A DNA stretch of 32,000 bases, from assembly GCA_041395025.1 (NCBI GenBank), contig JAWLBH010000001.1, positions 1,080,001 through 1,112,000 on the forward strand, given 5' to 3'. This document shows, piece after piece, positions 1 to 10,602 of the stretch. Within the stretch, counting starts at the first letter, position 1. Each line of letters opens with the position of its first letter. Both the position numbers and the translations under genes were made by a program. Source of the DNA: Chlamydiales bacterium. GTDB lineage: Bacteria; Chlamydiota; Chlamydiia; Chlamydiales; JAAKFR01. The notes beneath the pieces are model-generated. The model made no database searches, was not told the DNA's origin, and saw only the letters and a list, made by a program, of their open reading frames with translations.

Positions 1-870
1 GGTTATCGTCGAATTACTCCTTTCTTTATTCCATTTATCATTACTAACATGGCTGGGGCACTTCTAGCTATTGATCTTGGCTTTATGGGGCCTAATTATT
101 CTATATCCACTGCTTGTGCAACAGCAAACTATAGCATTGTTGCAGCCGCTAATCACATTCGTCAAGGGGATGCAGATTTAATGATTTGTGGTGGATCCGA
201 AGCTGCGATTACCCCTCTTGGTTTAGTGGGATTTATTGCAAATAAAGCGCTTTCTGAGCGTAACGAATCCCCAGAAGGTGCTTCTCGTCCCTGGGATAAA
301 GACAGAGATGGTTTTGTCATGGGAGAAGGAGCCGGCATCCTAGTTCTAGAATCGTTAGAACATGCTATTAGTCGAGGTGCTCCCATTTTAGCTGAATACT
401 TGGGAGGAGCAGTGAGTTGTGATGCTTATCACATGACAGCACCACGTGAAGATGGATCTGGAGTGGCTTTATGTATTGAAAAAGCCTTGAAAGATGGTGA
501 TCTCCCTAAAGAGATGATTAATTATATCAATGCGCATGCTACATCGACTCCTTTAGGAGATATAGCTGAGATTGAAGGGATCCATACAGTCTTTGGTTCT
601 CACTCTCGTCATGTTAAGATCAATGCGACCAAGTCGATGATTGGACATTGCTTAGGAGCAGCTGGAGGAGTTGAGGCCATTGCAACAATTCAAGCAATTA
701 GAAGAAGCAAGATTCATCCGACAATTAATCTTTATCATCCTGAACCTTGTCTTGGTGATCTTGATCCTGTTGCTAATATTTCTCAGAATCTAGAGGTGAC
801 AGCAGGACTTTCTGAATCCTTTGGATTTGGAGGTCATAATGGAGCAACTATATTTGGCCCTTTTCCATAA
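1..870 (+). CDS. fabF: 3-oxoacyl-[ACP] synthase II (KAS II), C-terminal part; the 5' end lies upstream of the window
   Basis: Frame 1 is open from base 1 (GYRRITPFFIPFIITNMAGALLAIDLG) to TAA at 868-870. Carries the KAS II active-site His motifs AHATSTPLGD and KSMIGHCLGAAGG, and the C-terminal SFGFGGHN. Confidence 0.9.
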   Translation, partial: GYRRITPFFIPFIITNMAGALLAIDLGFMGPNYSISTACATANYSIVAAANHIRQGDADLMICGGSEAAITPLGLVGFIANKALSERNESPEGASRPWDKDRDGFVMGEGAGILVLESLEHAISRGAPILAEYLGGAVSCDAYHMTAPREDGSGVALCIEKALKDGDLPKEMINYINAHATSTPLGDIAEIEGIHTVFGSHSRHVKINATKSMIGHCLGAAGGVEAIATIQAIRRSKIHPTINLYHPEPCLGDLDPVANISQNLEVTAGLSESFGFGGHNGATIFGPFP

Positions 871-878
871 TATTCTCT

Positions 879-1301
879 ATGGAGCATTCTTTTGGCATTA
901 TTCCTCTTAGATGGAAAAATAAGAGATGGGAAACATTATTAGTCAAACACATAGCAGGCCATTGGGCTTTTCCTAAGGGCCATCCTAAAGAAGGGGAAAA
1001 TTTTCAAGAAACAGCCTCTCGTGAACTCTATGAAGAGACCTCTCTGCGTATTGTCCGCTTCCTTCCTTTTAAACCTCTTAGTGAATCTTATGTGATTCAA
1101 AAAGAAGGAAGAAAGATTCAAAAGAGAGTGACTTATTTCTTAGCAGAGGTTAAAGAAGAGGTTTCTATTCAGGTTGAGGAGATTGAGGATTTTAAGTGGC
1201 TGGCTTTTGAAGAAGTGCAAACAATCGCAACTTTTCCTGAGACCAGAGCTATTAGCTGGGAGGCAGAAAAATATCTTTTCTCACGACATAAGAGGCCTTA
1301 G
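879..1301 (+). CDS. Nudix (MutT-family) hydrolase
   Basis: Complete Nudix box GHPKEGENFQETASRELYEETSL (GX5EX7REUXEEXGU pattern). Starts 8 nt after the fabF stop, so probably co-transcribed. Confidence 0.85.
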   Translation: MEHSFGIIPLRWKNKRWETLLVKHIAGHWAFPKGHPKEGENFQETASRELYEETSLRIVRFLPFKPLSESYVIQKEGRKIQKRVTYFLAEVKEEVSIQVEEIEDFKWLAFEEVQTIATFPETRAISWEAEKYLFSRHKRP

Positions 1302-1368
1302 TCAATGAAATGTAATTTTAAGAGGATCTAAGCTTCGGTTAAATTTACTAAATAGACTCTTACTAAGT

Positions 1369-2043
1369 TTATCTATGAGAAGATTGACAGATTTTAGAGA
1401 ATTCTTCTTGATAATCTTGTTGAGAGAGACGAATGATCTCTTTTGCTTCTTCTCTACCATAAAGATTGAGGATTTCCATTCGTTGAGAATTTTTTTGCAT
1501 GAGATCTTCAGGAGATTCTTTGTAAGTAAGGAAATAATGCATCAGGCGCTCAATCAAATTAAACGGACAATCTTTAATATCTTGAATGTCTTTGTAGACT
1601 AGATCTTCTTTTAAGACGGCTATAATTTTATCATCTGCTTGATTGCCGTCAATCGCTCGAATGCCACCTATGGGTTTTGCAGTCACCAAGATATCGCCTC
1701 GTAAGATCGGTTTTTCAGTGAGGATGCAGATATCGAGAGGATCATGATCACCTTCAATATTCTGACGGCCTATTTTTTCACTACAAAAGGTACCCACTAA
1801 TTTACCTGCATAAGTCTGGGGAATCAGACCGTATAGTGTTGGACAGTGGTTAGAATATTTTTGAGGACGATCTGCTTTTAATAAACCTGTTTTTTTATCA
1901 AGTTCAAATTTTACTGTATCAGTGGGGACAATCTCGATGTAGCAGTGGAGTTCATCAGGTGCATTCTCCCCAATATCCACCCCATGCCAAGGGTGAGCAC
2001 GGCAAAAGCTATTGATCAAATCCCGTATTTCCTCAGTTTTCAT
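1369..2043 (-). CDS. ppa: inorganic pyrophosphatase (family I)
   Basis: 224-aa ORF with PPase-type motifs YIEIVPTDTVKFELDK, DHDPLDICIL and DDKIIAV. Convergent with the Nudix gene. Confidence 0.88.
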   Translation of the reverse strand: MKTEEIRDLINSFCRAHPWHGVDIGENAPDELHCYIEIVPTDTVKFELDKKTGLLKADRPQKYSNHCPTLYGLIPQTYAGKLVGTFCSEKIGRQNIEGDHDPLDICILTEKPILRGDILVTAKPIGGIRAIDGNQADDKIIAVLKEDLVYKDIQDIKDCPFNLIERLMHYFLTYKESPEDLMQKNSQRMEILNLYGREEAKEIIRLSQQDYQEEFSKICQSSHR

Positions 2044-2166
2044 ATCAAATCCTTTTTTTACCTATCAAGGAATGCATTTTAATCTACACATTTTCAAGAG
2101 TCAAGCTTCATTGACTTTAAGCTTTTTTTATAGGATAATAAGCTGCTCAAATTTTTGAGGTATAAA

Positions 2167-3261
2167 ATGGGAAAAGTTGCAGGGCTAATATTCAATGAAA
2201 TCAAAGTCGAGGGATATGAATCTGTCATAGAGGTCATCGATGAACCCACAGGACTGCATGCAATTATTGCTTTGCATAATACATCCCTTGGGCCTACTCT
2301 AGGAGGCATTCGTGCTTATCCCTATCCCAGTTTTAAAGAGGCACTCCAAGATGCCCTGCGTTTGGCAAAAGCGATGACCTATAAGGCTGCAATTGCTGAA
2401 ACAGGGACAGGAGGAGGGAAGAGTGTAATCATCTCTGATCCGAAAAAGCCAAAATCAAAAGAGCTTCTTTTAGCTTTTGCTGAAGCGGTAAATACTCTCG
2501 AAGGAACATATATTTGTGCAGAAGATGTTGGAGTCCGTATGGATGATCTTGCAGTGATTCGTCAAGGGACGCATTTTGCGGTAGGTCTACCACATCCAAA
2601 ATCGAGTGGAGACCCTTCTCCTTTTACGGCTTATGGTGGGTTTTTAGGTCTCAAAGCTTTAGCAAGACAATTATGGGGTGTCGATTCTCTTAAGGGGCGT
2701 ACAGTCGCAATTCAAGGTTTAGGTGCTGTAGGACGTCGACTCGCTGAATACCTTTTTTGGGAAGGAGCTCAGCTAGTTGTGACAGATCTTAAAGAGGATA
2801 TTGTTCAACAAATTGTACGTGATTATGGAGCCATTGCTGTTAAACCTAGTGAGATCTATAGATTTCCATGCGATATTTTTGCCCCATGTGCTCTGGGAGG
2901 GATACTGAATCATGAAACGATTCCTCTGCTTCTTTGTAAAGGCATTGCTGGCTTAGCGAATAACCAACTGCATACAGAGGCTGATGGACAAGCTTTAATG
3001 AATCGTGGTATTCTCTACTCTCCTGATTATGTTGTGAACTCTGGTGGGTTATTAAACGTATGTATGGAAATTGAGAAGGTGGGTTATAACCCTCTTATTG
3101 CTCGTCAACGATTAGAAAGGATTTATGATCGTCTGTTGAGGATTTATGACCTTTCTGAAAAAAAGGGGCTTCCAACCAATCTCATTGCTAATGAATTAGC
3201 TCACTATAATCTGCAAAAAGGGGTTGGGAAAAGGAAAGAACCGGTCATTTTTCACCATTAA
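2167..3261 (+). CDS. ldh: leucine dehydrogenase (Glu/Leu/Phe/Val dehydrogenase family)
   Basis: Motifs GPTLGGIR, catalytic-Lys loop TGGGKSVI and Rossmann IQGLGAVGRRLA. The track start at 2155 is a TTG. ATG at 2167 sits 6 nt after GAGG (2157-2160), so I prefer it. Confidence 0.85.
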   Translation: MGKVAGLIFNEIKVEGYESVIEVIDEPTGLHAIIALHNTSLGPTLGGIRAYPYPSFKEALQDALRLAKAMTYKAAIAETGTGGGKSVIISDPKKPKSKELLLAFAEAVNTLEGTYICAEDVGVRMDDLAVIRQGTHFAVGLPHPKSSGDPSPFTAYGGFLGLKALARQLWGVDSLKGRTVAIQGLGAVGRRLAEYLFWEGAQLVVTDLKEDIVQQIVRDYGAIAVKPSEIYRFPCDIFAPCALGGILNHETIPLLLCKGIAGLANNQLHTEADGQALMNRGILYSPDYVVNSGGLLNVCMEIEKVGYNPLIARQRLERIYDRLLRIYDLSEKKGLPTNLIANELAHYNLQKGVGKRKEPVIFHH

Positions 3262-3412
3262 GTGTTGATAATTCATTAGAATTCTCCTTTTTTTCCTTCA
3301 ATCTAATCAAGTACTCTTTCTATTTTCTGATTTATTGAGAAATCCTTCTTGTCTTCCCCGTAATGGATAGCTAATGTAAACAATTTACTTAGGTCTCCAT
3401 TAGGATGTTTTT

Positions 3413-6088
3413 ATGAAGATGATATTAGAATATTTTTACTATATTCTCGTTAGGTTGCTTCTTTCTTTGCGTTATCGAATAAAATTGAAAGGATTTAAGG
3501 AGCTTAAAAAAGTCAAATTTCCTCATCAAGGAGGGATTCTTTTTTTGGCTAATCACCCTGCTAAAATTGATCCCTGTATTTTACTGCGTATTTTATGGCT
3601 AAGATATCGTCCACATCCAGTTGCTATTGATTCTCTTTTTTGGCAACCTCTTGTGGGGTATCTCTTGAAGTTTATTAGAGCGCTTTCAATTCCAAACTTT
3701 GATCTTTCAGCGAATAGTTATAAAAAACGTCAATTTGATAAAACCTATGAGGAGATCTTTGGCCTTCTTAATCGCAATGAAAATCTTCTGATTTATCCTT
3801 CTGGTAGTTTGAAGCATCAAGCAAAAGAGAAGATTGGTGGGGCTTCTGGAGTTCATGCGATTTTACAAAGAGCTCCTGAGACTAATGTTGTACTGATTCG
3901 GACGAGAGGGTTATGGGGGAGTAGTTTTTCTCGTGCATTAACAGGAAAAACTCCTGATTTGATGAAGACATTGAAACAAGGAATATGGGTGGTATTAAAA
4001 AATGGAATTTTTTTTACACCTCGACGAGAGGTGATTGTAGAATGTGCAGTTGCCCCTCCGAATTTTTCGAAAGATTGGGATAGACTTACACTGAATCGGT
4101 ATTTAGAAAATTGGTATAATTCTCCCGATTCTGAACCTATAAAACTCGTCTCTTTTAGTTTCTGGAAAGAAGATCTACCTCAATGTTCTATTGAAGTAGA
4201 TGATGAAGAGATCTCTCTAATAGATATTCCAGAAGAGATTAAACAAAAGGTATTGCAGGAGGTGAGTAGATTAACAAAAAGACCAATGGATAAGATTCGT
4301 CTTTCAGACGATTTATCTACGGATCTTGGACTTGATTCGCTGGATATGGCAGAATTGATCTTTGTGATTAGAGAGTATTACGGGATTTCTGAGATACATA
4401 AGTCAGATTTAACGAGTGTAGGAAAGTTGATGACTTTTGCTGCTGGATTATCAATAAAAAAAGCAGAGAAGGAAAGTTCGGATCATGATCGGGTGAAAGA
4501 AAAAGGACGTCCATCTCCATTTTATCCTGAAGGAGAGACAATTTTTGAGGTCTTTTTTAAAACATGCGATCGGATGCAAAATTATATGGCCTGTGTTGAT
4601 CAATCCCAAGGAAAGGTTTCATATAAAAAACTTAAAATGGGTGTGCTTCTTCTGACTGAAAAGATGAAAAAGATTCCAGAAAAAAACATAGGAATCATGT
4701 TACCCGCTTCAGTCGCTGTCAATATGTTATCTATTGCAACAATGTTAGCAGGAAAAATTCCTGTCATGATTAATTGGACATTGGGTAGATCGAATTTACG
4801 TTCAATCATTGAACAGTCCAACACTAAAGTAATTTTGAGTTCTTGGGATTTCATAGATCATCTAGATCATATTGATTTCGATGGAATTGAAGATCAGATT
4901 GTTCTTCTTGAAAAGATTAAGTATACATTTTTGGAGAAATGTAAGGCTTTTTTACACGCATATAAAAAACCAGATGCATTGGTTAAAATTCTGGATGCCG
5001 ATCGGATCAAAAAAGAAGATACCGCTGTGATTCTTTTTACAAGTGGCACGGAAAGCAAACCGAAAGGAGTGCCTCTGAGTCATGAAAATATTTTAGCCAA
5101 TCAAAGGGGAGCTTATGCCTACGTGGATGTAAAAAATGAGGATATTATGTTAGGTGTCCTTCCTCCTTTCCACTCCTTTGGTTTTTCAGTGACGGGACTT
5201 TTTCCTATTCTTACCGGCTTACCTGTTGTCTATAGTCCTAATCCAACAGAAAGTCGTCGGATTGTTAACACCATGGCTAATTGGTCGATCACGATTTTTT
5301 GCATCGCACCCACTTTTTTGAAAAACTTGCTTAGAGTAGGAACGAGACATCATTTTCACTCATTGCGTTTGGTTGTGACAGGGGCTGAAAAAACTTCGAA
5401 AGAAATGTATGAAGAGTTAAAAAATTTGAATCCTAATACAATGCTCATTGAAGGATATGGGATTACTGAGTGTAGTCCAATCCTGACACTTAATCCACCT
5501 AATGCCCCTATTCGCGGGGTTGGAGTTCCACTTCCTGGAGTTGAGCTTCTTATCGTCGATCCAGAGACTTTTAGTTTGATGGATACTGGACAACAGGGAT
5601 TAATTTTAGCACGTGGAGCGAATATTTTTCGTGGTTACTTAAATCCTTATCTTTCCTCTCCCTTTATTAAGATCAGAAACAAATTATGGTATCAAACAGG
5701 GGATTTGGGTGCGATGGATAAACAGGGGTATTTGACCCTATCAGGTAGATTAAAGCGGTTTATTAAAATTGCAGGAGAGATGGTCAGCCTAGGTGCAATT
5801 GAGGAGGTTCTCATTGGGGCTGCTAAGCAAAGAGGATGGAGGGCACATTCTGGTCACTTATTCGCTCTTTGTCCTGTAGAAGAGGTAGGTAAAAAAAGTG
5901 AAATCCATCTTTTTACAATATTTGATCTATCAGTCGATCAAGTAAACCATATTCTACGTGAACAGGGAATGAGTAATCTGATTAAGATCTCTAGTACGAT
6001 TAAAGTCACTACGATTCCTATTTTAGGAACAGGCAAAATCGATTACAAATCTTTACGCAACCAACTAGAAAATTTACGAAAACAATAG
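3413..6088 (+). CDS. aas: Aas-like fusion: PlsC-type lysophospholipid acyltransferase, carrier-protein (PP-binding) domain and acyl-ACP/AMP-forming synthetase
   Basis: HX4D acyltransferase motif NHPAKIDP (3551-3574). Phosphopantetheine-site-like DLGLDSLDMAELI, with the Ser codon at 4337-4339. AMP-binding signature LFTSGTESKPKGV (~5034-5072), followed by GYGITE and TGDLG. Confidence 0.8.
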   Translation: MKMILEYFYYILVRLLLSLRYRIKLKGFKELKKVKFPHQGGILFLANHPAKIDPCILLRILWLRYRPHPVAIDSLFWQPLVGYLLKFIRALSIPNFDLSANSYKKRQFDKTYEEIFGLLNRNENLLIYPSGSLKHQAKEKIGGASGVHAILQRAPETNVVLIRTRGLWGSSFSRALTGKTPDLMKTLKQGIWVVLKNGIFFTPRREVIVECAVAPPNFSKDWDRLTLNRYLENWYNSPDSEPIKLVSFSFWKEDLPQCSIEVDDEEISLIDIPEEIKQKVLQEVSRLTKRPMDKIRLSDDLSTDLGLDSLDMAELIFVIREYYGISEIHKSDLTSVGKLMTFAAGLSIKKAEKESSDHDRVKEKGRPSPFYPEGETIFEVFFKTCDRMQNYMACVDQSQGKVSYKKLKMGVLLLTEKMKKIPEKNIGIMLPASVAVNMLSIATMLAGKIPVMINWTLGRSNLRSIIEQSNTKVILSSWDFIDHLDHIDFDGIEDQIVLLEKIKYTFLEKCKAFLHAYKKPDALVKILDADRIKKEDTAVILFTSGTESKPKGVPLSHENILANQRGAYAYVDVKNEDIMLGVLPPFHSFGFSVTGLFPILTGLPVVYSPNPTESRRIVNTMANWSITIFCIAPTFLKNLLRVGTRHHFHSLRLVVTGAEKTSKEMYEELKNLNPNTMLIEGYGITECSPILTLNPPNAPIRGVGVPLPGVELLIVDPETFSLMDTGQQGLILARGANIFRGYLNPYLSSPFIKIRNKLWYQTGDLGAMDKQGYLTLSGRLKRFIKIAGEMVSLGAIEEVLIGAAKQRGWRAHSGHLFALCPVEEVGKKSEIHLFTIFDLSVDQVNHILREQGMSNLIKISSTIKVTTIPILGTGKIDYKSLRNQLENLRKQ

Positions 6089-6196
6089 AATTGATCTCTG
6101 ACATTTGCATAAAGGCATGAAACATTTAACATACTGATCAACACTATGGATGGTGACGAGATACATTGAAAGGGGTTGTTCGATAAGGAGCTCTAT

Positions 6197-7636
6197 ATGG
6201 ATGAGAAAAGATTTATATTTCCAAAACTTCCTATCTATCTTTATAATACTGCAACACGAAAAAAAGAGATATTTCGTCCTCAAAATACCCATGTTCGGAT
6301 GTATACATGTGGTCCAACTATCTATGATTATGCTCATATCGGAAATTTTCGTACCTATGTCTTTGAAGATCTTCTTCGTCGTACTCTAAAATTTTTTGGT
6401 TATCAAGTACATCAGGTGATGAATTTGACGGATATTGATGATAAAACGATTCGTGGTTCAATAACACACTCACAAACCCTTAAAGAGTTTACTGAACCTT
6501 ATAAAAATGCATTTTTTGCAGATATTGACACTCTTGGTTTAGAAAGGGCTGAAAACTATCCCTCTGCTACTGACCATATTCCTCATATGATCACTTTTAT
6601 TCAACACCTTCTTGATCAGGGGATGGCTTATCAAAGTAAAGATAAAAGCATTTACTATGCTATTGATAAATTTCCTCATTATGGACAGCTTTCCCATTTA
6701 GATGTGAGTAAAATAGGATTAGGTCATAAACAGATTGTATCTGATGAGTATGAAAAAGAGAATCTAGGAGATTTTGTCCTCTGGAAGGCACATAATCTAG
6801 AACGAGATGGAAATATCTTTTGGGAGAGTCCATTTGGCCCTGGTCGGCCTGGTTGGCATATCGAATGCTCAACGATGGCACGCCATTTTTTAGGAGAAAC
6901 ACTAGATCTTCATGTCGGTGGTGTGGACAACATTTTTCCTCATCATGAGAATGAAAAGGCGCAATCTGAAGCGCTTTCTGGGAAAAAATTTGTTTCGTAT
7001 TGGCTTCATGCTGAACATCTTGTTGTGAATCATAAGAAAATGTCTAAAAGTCTTAAAAATTTTTATACTTTACGTGATTTGTTAGATAGAGGGTATCAAG
7101 GAATGCAAGTACGTTATATGTTAATGCATACCCATTATCGTACTTGTCTTAACTTTACTTTTAAGGGAATGGAGGGAGCTAAAGTCGCTTTACAACGTCT
7201 GAATGATTTTGTCTATAGAATGGAAGAACTATCCGAATCTAGTCATCCAACAGGATCTTGTGATCAGCCTCTTCAAGAGGCGATTAATTTTTTTAGTCAA
7301 GCCATGGCTGATGATTTGAATATCTCAGTAGCTTTAGGTGCAGTTTTTGAGATGATGCGTGGAGTCAATCATCTATATGATGAGGGGATGATGAATGGTG
7401 GAGATGCCTATCAAGTCCTGATTGTGTTAAAAAAATTCAATTCTCTGCTCGGTGTTTTATCTCTGAATCAATTAGAAAATATTCCTAACCATCTTCAAGA
7501 GATGCTTAAAGCGCGTAACGAAGCAAGGGCTGTAAAAGATTGGATACTCGCAGATCGTCTGAGAGATGAGATTCATCAGAATGGCTACCTCATTGAAGAT
7601 ACGCCTCTTGGATCTAGACTCAAAAAACATAGTTAA
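6197..7636 (+). CDS. cysS: cysteine--tRNA ligase
   Basis: HIGH-type HIGNFR, KMSKS (HKKMSKSLKN) and GWHIECS. The track start at 6176 is a TTG. ATG at 6197 lies 6 nt after AAGGAG (6185-6190), so I prefer it. Confidence 0.92.
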   Translation: MDEKRFIFPKLPIYLYNTATRKKEIFRPQNTHVRMYTCGPTIYDYAHIGNFRTYVFEDLLRRTLKFFGYQVHQVMNLTDIDDKTIRGSITHSQTLKEFTEPYKNAFFADIDTLGLERAENYPSATDHIPHMITFIQHLLDQGMAYQSKDKSIYYAIDKFPHYGQLSHLDVSKIGLGHKQIVSDEYEKENLGDFVLWKAHNLERDGNIFWESPFGPGRPGWHIECSTMARHFLGETLDLHVGGVDNIFPHHENEKAQSEALSGKKFVSYWLHAEHLVVNHKKMSKSLKNFYTLRDLLDRGYQGMQVRYMLMHTHYRTCLNFTFKGMEGAKVALQRLNDFVYRMEELSESSHPTGSCDQPLQEAINFFSQAMADDLNISVALGAVFEMMRGVNHLYDEGMMNGGDAYQVLIVLKKFNSLLGVLSLNQLENIPNHLQEMLKARNEARAVKDWILADRLRDEIHQNGYLIEDTPLGSRLKKHS

Positions 7637-7683
7637 AATCTCAAAACACACGATTCCAAGAATCAAATGATTGGATGAAAGCT

Positions 7684-9267
7684 CTACGAAGTATTGGAGA
7701 TTTTCATCATCGGAAAATAAAGTACATCGCGAATCGAACTTGCATCGGTAAAAAGCATGGCTAGACGATCTAATCCAATTCCAAGACCTCCAGCAGGAGG
7801 CATGCCTTGGTAGATTGCCTCAAGAAATTCTTCATCTAAAGGATGGGCTTCCTGATTCCCTGCTTCATATTTTAAAGCCTGGATCTCTAAGAGTTCTCGC
7901 TGAAGAAGGGGATCGTTGAGCTCAGAATAGGCATTACATATCTCTTTCCCGAGAAAAAAACTTTCAAATCTTTCAACTATTCCCTCTTTTTTTTCCTCCG
8001 GCTTACGGTGAGGTTTACATAAAGGAGTGGTTTCAATCGGGTGATCAGTGATGTGATGGGGTTGAATTAGCTTTGAAACGACAAATTCGTCAAATAGCAT
8101 GGCAATTAATCCTCCTCGTGAAGATGAGGCAATGATTGTGGGTTCGATATCAGTTTGATCTTGAAGCAAACGGTGAATATCTGTATCAAGAAGATAGTTG
8201 ACATCAAAATTTGCATAATTTTTTATACTCTCCTTCATTGTCATTCTTTTCCAAGGAAGCCCAACATCAATTACCACCTCTTCTCCATTCAGATGATAAG
8301 GGATTTTCGTTGTTTGGAACAATTTTATCGCAATTTGCTCAATCAATTTTTCCACAAAGTTCATCATCTTGTTGTAGTCCCAATAAGCAGCATAAGCTTC
8401 GAGCATCGTAAATTCTGGATTGTGGGTTCTGTCTATTCCTTCATTGCGAAAGACTTTTCCAATTTCATAGATACGCTCAAACCCTCCAACTAGAATTTTT
8501 TTTAAAGGAATTTCAAGAGAGGTACGTAAAAAGACATTTTGATTCATAGCATGAACATAGGAACAAAATGGGCGTGCTTCTGCTCCACCATAGAGATTTT
8601 GTAAGACTGGTGTTTCTACTTCCAAAAATCTTGCTTCATCTAAAAAATCCCGAATGATACGGATCATTCTACTACGAGTAATAAAGGTAGACCTAACCTC
8701 TTCATGAGCGATTAAATCCAGCCATCGTTTGCGATAGCGCATTTCTTTATCAGCCAGTCCACTATGCTTTTCAGGAAGAGGAAGAAGTGTTTTACATAAG
8801 AGGGTGAATTGTTTAACAAAAATGGTGAGTTCTCTTTTTCCTGTACGAAACAGATGACCTTGAACCCCTACCCAATCTCCAAGATCAATCCTTTTTTCGA
8901 TAAATTTTAATCCAGTGAGTTCGTTGTCTTCTAATCCCTGAAGAGTAGTCAATTCTCGATTCAACATGAGCTGGATCGTACGATGAGCTCCTTGTATATG
9001 AGCAAAAGCATTTTTCCCCATCGCTCTAAAGAGAATTAATCGTCCTCCAATACAGACCTCTTCTGTCTCTCCTTTTGCCGCTTTTTCACTATCCCCAATC
9101 GGCTGATCAAAATACTCTTCTAGAATTTGTTCTATAGTATGGCTAGGAGAAAAACAATGAGGATAGGGTTCAATGGAGACTTGTCGAATTGATTCTAATT
9201 TTTTTAAACGGTTTTTAAATTCTTCGTATTGATAATAATAAGGTTTTTCAGCCATTTTCCCTGTCAT
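7684..9267 (-). CDS. lysS: lysine--tRNA ligase (class II)
   Basis: 527-aa ORF with class II motifs VFRNEGIDRTHNPEFTMLE and GGLGIGLDRLAMLF. Convergent with cysS. Confidence 0.92.
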   Translation of the reverse strand: MTGKMAEKPYYYQYEEFKNRLKKLESIRQVSIEPYPHCFSPSHTIEQILEEYFDQPIGDSEKAAKGETEEVCIGGRLILFRAMGKNAFAHIQGAHRTIQLMLNRELTTLQGLEDNELTGLKFIEKRIDLGDWVGVQGHLFRTGKRELTIFVKQFTLLCKTLLPLPEKHSGLADKEMRYRKRWLDLIAHEEVRSTFITRSRMIRIIRDFLDEARFLEVETPVLQNLYGGAEARPFCSYVHAMNQNVFLRTSLEIPLKKILVGGFERIYEIGKVFRNEGIDRTHNPEFTMLEAYAAYWDYNKMMNFVEKLIEQIAIKLFQTTKIPYHLNGEEVVIDVGLPWKRMTMKESIKNYANFDVNYLLDTDIHRLLQDQTDIEPTIIASSSRGGLIAMLFDEFVVSKLIQPHHITDHPIETTPLCKPHRKPEEKKEGIVERFESFFLGKEICNAYSELNDPLLQRELLEIQALKYEAGNQEAHPLDEEFLEAIYQGMPPAGGLGIGLDRLAMLFTDASSIRDVLYFPMMKISNTS

Positions 9268-9679
9268 GTTTTTACGAGATCAATAACTAAAAGAAGAGGA
9301 TTTTTTAGTTCGATCAAATTACAAAAGGTGTCAATCTTCTTGTGATTTTTTACTCAATCTAATAGAAATGAAAATAAAAATCTCTCAAAAATTGTTTTTT
9401 ATAAGATTGATAGTCAATGAATGGTGAGAGAGTTTGTCTACAAGATGCATGAAGCATAGATCAATCTGATGGCAATTTAATAAAATTTTTTTTAAATTGA
9501 AATTTATTTTGAACGATTTTGCCTAGAGCTAAGCTTTAGCCCCTCTGCATTTAAACAATCGCTTTCTTTTAGTCCAGTCATCATTTTATTTAAATTCAGG
9601 TAAGGTGATCCGTAGATATTTGGGATAGTAGAGAGACTCTATTTACAATCACTAACTGCTTTGGAAGTTTACGAAACAT

Positions 9680-10045
9680 TTGATTGAAATCTTTTTTAAA
9701 GAGATTGAATTTATTGAAAATCATCCTAGATCTTTAGATTATTCCATCCTGCAGGAATCGTGGCTCTTACAAGCTTCAGAAGATGATCAAATAAAGTCTC
9801 AACATTCAGATCTAGTTAAGATTTGGGATATCCAAATTGAGATATTTAAACTTATCCCCTATCGACTTCCTCTATCTTCAGGTGAGGATGAGGATTTTAC
9901 GGATGAGAAGTTATTAAAGATAAAAACTCAGATAAAAATTGACCATTCAACCAATGCCGAACTTCTGAAAAGATGGATGCTGAAAGGATGCAATATATTC
10001 AACTTCTATATGCCTCATTGCATCATAGGTCAGATTTATAATTAA
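9680..10045 (+). pseudogene. possible N-terminal remnant of a decayed ankyrin-protein paralog (otherwise an orphan ORF)
   Basis: The ORF opens with TTG and has no in-frame ATG until near its 3' end. There is weak resemblance (YRLPLSSGEDEDF vs WVLPISEHDVDL) to the N-terminal region of the 11226-16358 protein. It is directly followed, in another frame, by clearly homologous decayed sequence. Confidence 0.3.
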
Positions 10046-10088
10046 TGAATATATTTTAAAACATCGATCAGATTCTGCTTTTTACAAT

Positions 10089-10602
10089 TGCCAAGGTTTA
10101 TCCGCCAAGGAGATCACAGATATTGGGTATATCCCAAATCCTAATGAAAATTCTCCATTTGCTATAGCAATTGTCAGGGGGAATGTAGCCGTTTTTCAGT
10201 TTTTATTTCAGCAAATAAAAGATAATATTCAACCATGATATGGATTGAAAGTGAATGGCAACCCTTAAGTGTTAGCGATGATTCCGATTAACAAGTCTGA
10301 AGAGTTGAGTTATAAAATTTTGGCTACGCTTTTAGCGCATGGATTTGATCCCTTGGCGGCTAGTGATCAGGGGATTCAAGCAATATAGCGGCTCAATTCA
10401 AATACGATAGGTGTGTCGAGGTTGTGATTAATTAACCCGGCATAAACGTCAATAGTCTAGGATTAGGAGGGGACACCGCCTTGCATTTTGCTTTACCGCT
10501 CCCTACATATCACACCTTGGATCTTGTAAATGATAGGGAGAAGACAAAAAAGATTGTGGAATTATTACTAGATGTAGGTGCTTAATGGAGAGGGAAAATG
10601 GC
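10089..10602 (+). pseudogene. decayed ankyrin A-module paralog (plus-strand part)
   Basis: Conceptual translation CQGLSAKEITDIGYIPNPNENSPFAIAIVRGNVAVFQFLFQQIKDN..SEELSYKILATLLAHGFDPLAASDQG..DTALHFAL..KKIVELLLD..WPI parallels CPNECLSAIKEIMEMGCILHPTEDSPLVEAILIGNVSAFKVLFKQIKDR..SEESSYRILVKLIEHGFDPLAAN.. of the giant ORF. It is broken by several in-frame stops and frameshifts (for example TGA after ..IQP, TAA after ..NGNP, TAG after ..IQAI). Confidence 0.75.

Noticed and set aside
6074-6389. ORFs 6074-6337 (-) and 6150-6389 (+) around the cysS start
   Set aside because: Both overlap the well-supported cysS frame and its RBS, have low-complexity AT-driven composition, and show no motifs.
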